Part shown: positions 54,226 through 64,000 of the stretch, piece by piece
Position numbering within the stretch: position 1 is the first letter of the stretch
Layout of the letters: each line of letters begins with the position of its first letter
Source of the DNA: Octopus vulgaris
Taxonomy: Eukaryota
Direction of reading: 5' to 3'
Assembly: GCA_951406725.2 (NCBI GenBank)
Contig: OX597817.1
Location: 149,172,001 to 149,236,000, forward strand
DNA: 64,000 bases
Made by a program: the position numbers and the translations under genes
The notes under the pieces: generated by a model
The model's database searches: none
What the model was told of the DNA's origin: nothing
The model's input: only the letters and a program-made list of their open reading frames with translations

Positions 54226-54449
54226 GCCCAGTGATCCATCGGCTAAGATTGTGCTGCCAAGGTACTTCTGCGCCAAGATACTTATGCTGCCAAGGTACTC
54301 CACACACACATACATACATACGATGGGCTTCTATCAATTTCCGTCTGCCAAATCCACTCACAAGATCAACCCCAGTCCACAGCATAAAAAACTGCCCAAA
54401 GTGTCACGCAGTATGATTGAACCTGGACTATGTGGTTTGGAAGTAATAT

Positions 54450-54866
54450 TTATTTCTTTATTGTCCACAATGGGCTAAACACAGAGGAGACAAACAAGGA
54501 CAGACAAACGGATTAGGTCGATTACATCGACCCCAGTGCGAAACTGGTACTTTATTTATCGACCCACAAAGGATGAAAGGCAAAGTCGACCTCGGCGGAA
54601 TTTGAACTCAGAACGTAGCGGCAGACGAAATACCTATTTCTTTACTACCCACAGGGGGCTAAACACAGAGGGGACAAACAAGGACAGACACACGGATTAA
54701 GTCGATCACATCGACCCCAGTGCGCAACTGGTACTTATTTAATCGACCCCGAAAGGATGAAAGGCAAAGTCGACCTCGGCGGAATTTGAACTCGGAACGT
54801 AGCGGCAGATGAAATACTGCTAAGCATTTCGCCCGACGTGCTAACGATTCTGCCAGCTCGCCGCCT
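54450..54866 (-). mobile_element. SINE family A dimer inserted in a degenerate SINE B head
   Basis: TSD TTTGGAAGTAATATT at 54436-54450 and 54868-54882; junction GAAATACC|TATTTCTTT. Confidence 0.93.
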
Positions 54867-55599
54867 ATTTGGAAGTAATATTCTTAGCATACAGACGCAT
54901 CTGCGCCTATATTTCTTTCGTTGTTAGAACATAACTTCACTCATTTTTTTCGGTTGTAGAAATTCCGGTCGGCCGTTTACTTCTTCCTTTCTTGTAACAA
55001 CTTTTTTATACACTATCCGCTAACGATTTCTCTGTCCCTTTGCTTTAACTAAGCATGTAATTTTCATATTTATACAATACTATGTCTCTCCAAAATATAT
55101 TTTACCTTTCAGAACTTAATCAAATTCCATGATTTAGTTATTTATCGCCTTTTAATCCTTCTATTTCTAATACAATTAGCTATTTGCCTTCTAACGCGCA
55201 CATTCGTGTTCTAAATTTGTTGGCCAACACCCTCACTTTTCCAAGAAAATTACGTAATATATTTTCGTTTCCTGCGCAATATTGCCTTTAAAATTCTCAC
55301 TCTTTCCCTCTTTCATATTCAAATTTAAAACATTCAAACTTTAGCCTTTGATCTTTCATCTACTAAATCCTCCAATATGATCTGCTTTTCCTCTCTCCCA
55401 TTTTTACCCTTTTCAAATGAAGGGCTTCAATCCTTCTCCTGCTCTTCATCTCTTCACTTTATCTAATCACTTTCTATATCCAACACTAACAGGCCTTATC
55501 TCCACCATTTTTATATTTTCTTTCGTGAGTCGTTCGGTTTATTTTTACATAGATTGCTTTCTCTGAATTACTATTTTGCTTATTTTCGTATGCTTATTT

Positions 55600-55605
55600 A
55601 CATGC

Positions 55606-55636
<31 letters not shown>

Positions 55637-55655
55637 TATGTATACATATATATGT

Positions 55656-55731
<76 letters not shown>

Positions 55732-56422
55732 ACGTATATATATAGATAGGTAGATAGATATAGATATGTATATGTAGATATATGTATCCATATCCATTAC
55801 AAATATTTATGTATCGATATATATATATATACAGATATATAGGTATATATGTATATGTATGCATAAATACATAAGTATAAAGTTATATATATATGAGTGT
55901 GTGCATGCCTAGATATTTATGATTGTATATAGATATCAGTATATCTAAATACATATATGTACATTGATATATACCTATGTATATTTTATATATATATATA
56001 TATTATATTTATAAAAAAAAAAATATATATACATATATATATATATGTATATATATGTATGTATGTACGTATATATATATATATATATTCGTATCTAAAT
56101 TGTTTTCATGCATATTATATTTCATGTTTACCCACATTCCACACTTATTTAAATAGAATTCTGTACATATTTAGATGTATCCTCGTTTAAATTAATATTT
56201 GTTTACATTCCCTTCATTCATATAAACATATAGTTTTATGCATATGTGCGTGTGTATGTGAGTGTATTTCGTACGTGTTTAATAATGCATATGTTTGTGG
56301 TTATACATTTATATATGTATGCATGTGCTTGTGTCCATACTCTAATTTGTTTAGATGTCCATATATAGGGGGAGGTTTTTGTTTGAATGCGTATTTGTAT
56401 ATTAACAGGGAAATATTTGCAC

Positions 56423-56456
<34 letters not shown>

Positions 56457-56467
56457 CATCATTATTA

Positions 56468-56552
<85 letters not shown>

Positions 56553-56587
56553 TATTATTATTATTATCATCATTATTATTATTATTA

Positions 56588-56646
<59 letters not shown>
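55600..56646. repeat. (TA)n field and a ~225-bp (ATT)n tract (56423-56646)
   Basis: Direct inspection. Confidence 0.93.
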
Positions 56647-57399
56647 TATGACTGTACATGTCTTAATTTTTAGACTTCCTTCGGTTCTTGTATTTCTTGG
56701 TGTTTATGTATTCAACTTCATATCTTTCGCTATATATTGATAAGCCGTCTTTGAACAAGAGATATGTTGAGATATTTGCAGTCTACCATTTGATATTTCT
56801 GTTTTCAGTCTGTCTCACTTATTCATTTTGTACGCGCATGCGTGTGTGCATGTGTGTGTTTGCGTTTGTGTCTCTGTGTGTGTGTGTGTGTGTGTGACAT
56901 TTTCTTCACACATTTAAAATCAATCTTCTCCATTCTTAAATCTTTCTTTCACTAATTGGTTCCCCTCATAGCCGTGTTCCAGTCTTACGTTTTCACTATT
57001 TCATTCGATGCAGCCAACGAAACTGGCAGGTCAGAGTCACGCTGAACTTCCGTTTAATAATATATAAGTTTTTTTTTATTTATGTGTTCAAAATATACGA
57101 CAAATATATCAGCATGGAAGACAATGAAATTATTAATCTAACGCTAAGTGAAGGATTAAAGAAGTGATAATGCCTTTGACATTTTGGGCAGAAGCTCCAT
57201 TTCAATAAATTAGATAGATAAAAGGATGAAGAGTAAATGGAAAGGAAAAACAGGTGTACTGACAATAATAGTTGTGCGTAAAATCATGTTGCTTTTTCAC
57301 GTAAGGCCGGGAAGAATCTCTACATACAAACTCACGATAGCTGAGGTGAAATATTTGTGGATCAACATCAACAATAATAATTTAGTTAATTATCAAGTT

Positions 57400-57617
57400 T
57401 TTACTCTTTTTAGTTGTTTCAGTCATTTGACTGTAGCCATGCTGGAGCACCCCCTTTAGTCGAGCAAATCGACCCAGGACTTATTCTTTGTAAGCCTAGT
57501 ACTTGTTATATCGGTCTCTTTTGCCAAACCGCTAAGTTACTGTGACGAAAACACACCACCATCGGTTGTCAAGTGATGTTGGGGGACAAACAGACACACA
57601 AACTTATATACACACAT

Positions 57618-57670
<53 letters not shown>

Positions 57671-58647
57671 TATACGACGAGCTTCTTTCAGCTTCCGTCT
57701 ACCAAATCCACTCACAAGGCTTTGGTCGGCTCGAGGCTATATAGTAGAAGACACTTGCCCAGGATGCCACGCGGTGGGACTGAACCCGGAACCATGTGGT
57801 TCGTAAGCAAGCTACTTACCACACAGCCACACCTACGCCTATAATTTTTATTCATTTATTTTTGTCATTGGACTCTGTGGCCATACTGCTGCACCGACTC
57901 AAAATGTTTCAGTTACACAAATTGACCCCAGTACTAATTTTTTCAGCCTAACATCATTGGTTTCTTTGGCCAAACTGCTAAATTAGGATAACGTAAACGA
58001 ACCAATACCAGTTGTCATGCGGTGGTGATTCAAACACAGGCGCAAAAATACACGCGAACCTGCACACACACATATATTTTATAGATATATATACATATGA
58101 CTGTATTGTAGTGGAAATGGTACATCGTTCCCATGTGTCAAAGTGGTATGAAAAGGTTGACTATAAAGCCATTCAGTTGTTGTAGAATGTCGGTAGTAGT
58201 AGAGGCTTTGTACGAGTTACCCGAAGTAGCCCCTGAAATGTGAATACAAACAGAATAAAACACGTTTCGCGTAAATCGGACCACGGGTCCCGAGATACAC
58301 GTTTTTTGTGGATGCGAGTACCTTCATAAATAAACAAAACGGCGCATAATGTGAAAATACTCCGAAATTAGCATAACCCTAAAATGGGAATATATAATAC
58401 TGTGAAAATTGTTTTCATTAATTCTATACACTTTTACTTGTTTTAGTGATTTGACTGTGGCCATGCTGGAGCACCACCTTTAGTCGATCAAATCGACCCA
58501 GGACTTATTCTTTGTTAGCCTAGTGCTTATTCTATCGATCTCTTTTGCCGAAGCGCTAGGTTACGGGGACGTAAACACACAAGCATCAGTTGTCAGGCGA
58601 CGTTGGGGGAACAGACACAGACACACAGACATATACACACGCATACA

Positions 58648-58696
<49 letters not shown>

Positions 58697-59772
58697 ATAT
58701 ATGCAACGGGCTTCTTTCAGTTTCCGTCTACCAAATCCACTCACAAGGCCTTGGTCGGCCCAAGGCTATAGTAGATGACACTTGGCCAAGGTGCCACGTA
58801 GTGGGACTAAACCCGAAACCATGTGGTTCGTAAGCAAGCTACTTACCCCACAGCCACTCCTACGCCTATATAAATCCTTAAATCCTTTTAAATGTTTTAG
58901 CCCGAAGGCCGCGTCCATGCTGGGGCACCACCGCTGTTTAATTTATGTAACAATTCCTTTTGCATTTTTACAGAAGTGTGCACATACACCATAAATAAAT
59001 TCAGTTACTGGAGTTCAAGTTCATCCCGGAAGTTCTATTTCTATTAGCTGCTGTAAATAATCAATAAAACCTTAAACATCAACTTGTAAACCAGAGCTGT
59101 GATGACACGAACGAATTGAAATATTTAACTGAATCATCATAAAATTAACTTCCATTTCAATGCAATGCTGAAATCACCTTCAATGTGTTATATCGTGAAC
59201 CGTCAGTGACCCAACGGTTCACGGGTTGTCTAGTATGTATATACATTCTTAAAATTCTTTAAATTGTGAATTGTTTCAGCTTTAAAGCTGCGGTCATGCT
59301 GGGGCACACACACACACACATATATATATGTATATTCTTTTATTCTTTTATCTGTTTCACTCATTTGACTGCAGTCATGCTGGAGTATCGCCTTTAGTCG
59401 AACAAATCGACCCCAGTATTTATTTCTTGTAAGCCTAGTACTTATTCTACCCGTCTCTTCTGCCGAACCGCTAAGTTACGAGAACGTAACACACCAACAT
59501 CGGTTGTCAAGCGATGGTGGGGGAACAAATACACACACACAAACATATACATACATACATACATACATACATACATACATACATACATACATACATACAT
59601 ACATACATGTATATATATATATATATATACGACGGACTTTCAGTTTCACAAGGCTCTGGTCGGCCCGAGGCTATAGTTGAAGATACTTGCCCAAGGTGTC
59701 ACGCACTGAGACTGAATCCGGGACCAAGTGGTTCGTAAGCAAGGCACTTACAACACGGCCACTCCTGCGCCT
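57400..59772 (-). mobile_element. Four co-oriented SINE B copies (57400-57840, 57850-58075 degenerate, 58428-58868, 59335-59772)
   Basis: Reverse-complement matches to SINE B. Confidence 0.9.
59034..59233 (+). mobile_element. Short Helitron-like element or Helitron 3' end
   Basis: Hairpin CGTGAACCGT(59194-59203)/ACGGTTCACG(59214-59223) followed by GGTTGTCTAG|T; the 5' TC end is uncertain. Confidence 0.65.
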
Positions 59773-59773
59773 A

Positions 59774-59808
<35 letters not shown>

Positions 59809-59992
59809 GGTACCAGTCATGTACAAGGGTCGAAGTAATAGACTTCTCCTCTCCTTTCAACATTGCTGACCATGAAGCCTGCAATAAACCGGCGTCCTGT
59901 ACAGGGAAGTGTGAACCCCGGTCATTTTTATGCCATGGTAACCGACAAGTCGTCATATGAATCCTTGGACTCAACATAAAGAAATATTCGAA

Positions 59993-60055
<63 letters not shown>

Positions 60056-60092
60056 CTATATGTTTTTACTCTTTCTATATACATACGTTATG

Positions 60093-60822
60093 TGAAGGTG
60101 CGTGGTTTTGAGGTTACGGCAATCGGCTCACGATCGTCATGTCGTGAGTTCGATTCCCAGCGAGCAAGACACTTTATTTCACGTTGCTCCAGTCCACTCA
60201 GCTGGCAAAAGTGAGTTGTACCTGTATTTCAAAGGTCCGGCTTTGTCACACTGCGTCACGCTGAATCTCCCCGAGATCTACATTAAGGGTACACATGTCT
60301 GTGGAGTGGCCAGCCACTTAAACGTTAATTTCACGTGCAGGCTGTTTCGTTGATCGTATCAGCTGGGACCCTCGTCGTCGTAACCGACGGAGTGCTCCTA
60401 TAAATACGTTTATATGGTTATGTATAATTATGTGTGTGGAGGCGCAATGGCCCAGTGGTTAGGGCAGCGGGCTCGCGGTCGTAGGATCGCGGTTTCGATT
60501 CCCAGACCGGGCGTTGTGAGTGTTTATTGAGCGAAAACACTTAAAGCTCCACGAGGCTCCGGCAGGGATGGTGGTGATCCCTGCTGTACTTTTTCACTAC
60601 AACTTTCTCTCACTCTTACTTCCTGTTTCTGTTGTACCTGTATTTCAAAGGGCCGGCCTTGTCACTCTCTGTGTCACGCTGAATATCCCCGAGAACTACG
60701 TTAAGGGTACACGTGTCTGTGAAGTGCTCAGCCACTTACACGTTAATTTCACGAGCAGGCTGTTCCGTTGATCGGATCAACCGGAACCCTCATCGTCGTA
60801 ACCGACGGAGTGCTTCCATTCC
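60093..60822 (+). mobile_element. SINE C-related copy (60093-60398) and full-length SINE C (60438-60822)
   Basis: The second copy is almost identical to 7720-8102; TSD AATTATGTGT. Confidence 0.92.
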
Positions 60823-61051
60823 AATTATGTGTATTTACGCAAGCTTATGTGTAAAGACACATTTTAAATGATATGCACATAATAAACACATACCGATATA
60901 TAAAGTCGGAGATTGTTACGCAATACATTCGTGCAAATCCACAGAATCCGAGAAATTTAGAAAGCCACACGAAATACCAACGTTACTATACACATAGCTT
61001 TAACTCAATTAAACACATCTGCCTCAGAACACAACCACTGCAACACATGCA

Positions 61052-61145
<94 letters not shown>

Positions 61146-61544
61146 TACGTGCATGTATGTATGGTATGTATTTATATATAAATACACCCGATTGCGTAGC
61201 CATATTCGTACAAGAGAACAAAAAATTCTCACAGCATTAATCAACCTCAAATGTAATCTCATTGCAAAACACCATGCAAACACGCAGATAAACATAGAAC
61301 ACACACAGGACCAAATACACATTCATACTGTTACACAGGCGTGTGTACACACACACACTCACATACACTCTCAAATGTACACGCATACACTTGCACACAC
61401 ATATATGTATGCGTGCGTCGATAATTATGGTTTCTACGATGGAATCTGGGGAGTATTTAGAAGAATTCTCAAAAAAATTATACAACTGCGCTGACATGTA
61501 GCTTCCCATGATGCATCAGTGTTAGAGCAATATTATTTCATTTT

Positions 61545-61976
61545 AATAATTCTATTTTATCTCGGTCTAATTATATTTTACCAAGATGTAATTCAGTTTT
61601 ACCTAAAGCTAATTATTTTACGAAACTATTTCTATTTTAACTTGTTCTAATTATAATTAACCTGGTTTTAGTCTATTCTAATTAGATTTCACCTAAGTGT
61701 CTGATTCTATTTTAAACCGTTCTATATTCATTTTACCTAAATTTAATTCAAATATACCTTGGCTTAATTACTATTTACGCAGACAACATTCAATTTTACT
61801 CTTTTCTAGTTATAATTTAGCTAGAACTAATTCTATTTTGCCCTACTCTATTTTTATTTTACCTTCGGTTAAATATACTTTACCCAGATGTAATTCTATT
61901 TTCCTTAGGTCTAATTTCATTTCACCAAGGTGTAATTCTATTTTACGGTAGATATTATTCTATTTTATTCTATTTC
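61545..61976. repeat. Degenerate ~21-bp minisatellite (consensus near TAATTCTATTTTACCTAGRTN)
   Basis: AATTCTATTTT-like motif recurs about every 21 bp and resumes after the SINE at ~62396. Confidence 0.7.
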
Positions 61977-62393
61977 AGGCGGTGAGCTGGCAGAAACTTT
62001 AGCGCGCCGGAAGTAATACTTAGCGGTATTTCGTCTGTCGTTACATTCTGAGTTCAAATTCATCCGAAGGTCGATATTGCCTTTCATCCTTTTGGGGTCG
62101 ATAAATAAAGTACCAGTTTCGCACTGAGGTCGATGTAATTGACTTAATCCCTTTATCTGTCCTTGCTTCTCCCCTTTATGTTTAGCCCCTTGTGGGTAGT
62201 AAAGAAATAGGTTTTTCGTCTGTCGTTACATTCTGAGTTCAAATTCCGCCGAGGTCGACTTTGCCTTTCATCCTTTCGAGGTTGATAAATTAAGTACCAG
62301 TTTCATACTGGGGTCGATGTAATCAACTTAATCCCTTTGTCTGTCCTTCTTTCACCCCTCTATATTTAGCCCCTTGTGGGCAGTAAAGAAATA
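61977..62393 (+). mobile_element. SINE family A dimer
   Basis: Junction AAAGAAATA|GGTTTTTCGTCTG at ~62209; ATTCTATTT flanks. Confidence 0.92.
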
Positions 62394-63015
62394 TATCATT
62401 CTATTTTATCCGTTCTAATTATTTAATTAGGCAAAAACGAGAGGCAAAAACCTTGAAACTATAGTCCGTATGTATCACATAGGTTTTCGAGGGAGGATGA
62501 CCTCCCTTTGCAAATAACACAAGGGCACTGAAATTGTGTCTAAGGCCAGCTGAAGACGTCGATCTCCTGGGGCTAAAAGCGTCAGTAACACCCACCCCTA
62601 GTGGCTAGCCACATTTAGATAGGTAGTACACTTTACGTTAAATTATTTAATTATTTTCTACCCACAAGTAACTGTATTTACGTTAAAAATTAAATTTTAT
62701 TCGTATTTCTTAAATATTTACCATTTTCCTTTATTTCTTGTAGTTGTTATTGTTGTTGCCGTTGTTGTTGTTGTTGTTGTTGTGGTTGTTACCTGTTTGT
62801 TATTATTTCCTGTGCTATTGCTATTATCTTTACAATCGTACTTGTTGTTATTACTACTTTGTTGTTGAATACGAGCTGTTTCTCTTGCTTTAGTTGTTTG
62901 TACTGTTGTTATTTCTGTTGTTGCTGTTATTTCCCATTTTATTGTTGTCATCTTTTGCTATTGCTTCTCTGATTTTTAGCCGTTGTTATTGTTAATGCTG
63001 TCGTTATTGCCAGTG

Positions 63016-63050
<35 letters not shown>

Positions 63051-63685
63051 GCAGTTTTCTGTTTCCTGGCGGAGCTCCGGGGAGGTTTTTGTCAACTTAA
63101 TTTTGATTGATCGGTTCTGGTTGATAAACATCAAATTACGAGATTTTTTTTTTTTTTTCTCTTTTTTCAAATCTTTTTCCGATTTAATTCTTGTTGTTTG
63201 TATTTCTTTCTTTTTTTACTTTCCTATTTCAATTTGCTTGGTTTCATGATTTTCTGGTTTACCGGTTTTTTTAATTTACTGCCTTCATTGTTGATTTTCT
63301 ATTTCAGTTGTTTAGTTTGATGGATTCGTTCTTTCCTAAGTATGCTCTCTGTATTGTAGTTTTCATGTGACTCCATTTTTCTTGTTAATCTTTAGTCTTT
63401 TTTTTTATCTTAGTTTGACTTGCATCTTTATCGATTTAAGTGTTTGATTGTTTAATGGTTTGGTAGTTTAATGGTTTGGTAGTTTTAAAAAATTTAATGG
63501 ATTATTTAACTTAGTTTCTTGCATTGTTGGTTTCGTTGGATGTTTTGAATATAGAATTATGCTTTTCTGTTTTCCATTCATTGCTTTGGCTTCATTTCGT
63601 GGATCGATTGTTCGGTTGGCATCACAGTTTCATGCCCGGCTTGTTTGATGATAAACTAAACCTTGGTTAATTGTTTCATCGATAA

Positions 63686-63811
<126 letters not shown>

Positions 63812-64000
63812 CATTCATATATATATATGTTCAATTAGAGGTTAAATAAGCATCATTAAGGGATAATAATATCCAATGAATTTACTGGGATTTTTTACCT
63901 ATTATTTTTTTTTAATATTAAATTTAATCTTCAAACATATATGTACGTATGTATGTATGTTTGTATGTATGTATGTATGTATGTATGTATGTATGTACAA

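Noticed and set aside
54910-55550. Pyrimidine-rich stretches resembling decayed coding sequence (also 43190-43700 and 63050-63640)
   Set aside because: No diagnostic motif or sustained frame was found by eye, so they are left unassigned; blastx would be needed.
62545-62590. Fourth hammerhead (CTGAAGA...AAAAGCGTC)
   Set aside because: GAAA box and stem II are not intact; too degenerate to call.

Overview
AT-rich eukaryotic (animal) genomic DNA, almost entirely repeat-derived. The tRNA-derived SINE families and the (TA)n/(TAGA)n/(ATT)n microsatellite load suggest a coleoid cephalopod such as Octopus; this is inference, not a database match. No intact protein-coding gene is visible, and most long ORFs in the track are microsatellite read-throughs. 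The window contains about 40 copies of at least four SINE families (called A, B, C and E here), decayed LINEs (R4/Dong, RTE, CR1), Penelope-like elements (PLEs), a Tc1/mariner relic, a Chapaev-like transposase relic, three Helitron-like elements, several MITEs and one candidate host exon (40367-40505, minus strand). The most notable observations are: (1) three minimal type-I hammerhead ribozyme motifs, one of them in a short element with a tRNA-like Pol III head; (2) a PLE with an inverted pLTR; (3) a foldback element with a telomeric (CCCTAA)n core; (4) SINE dimers with the same junction at five independent loci; (5) a CR1 LINE and SINE-B sharing a covarying 3' stem-loop; (6) a same-orientation train of elements in (TAA)n tracts. 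Coordinates were read by eye; edges of decayed elements are approximate.
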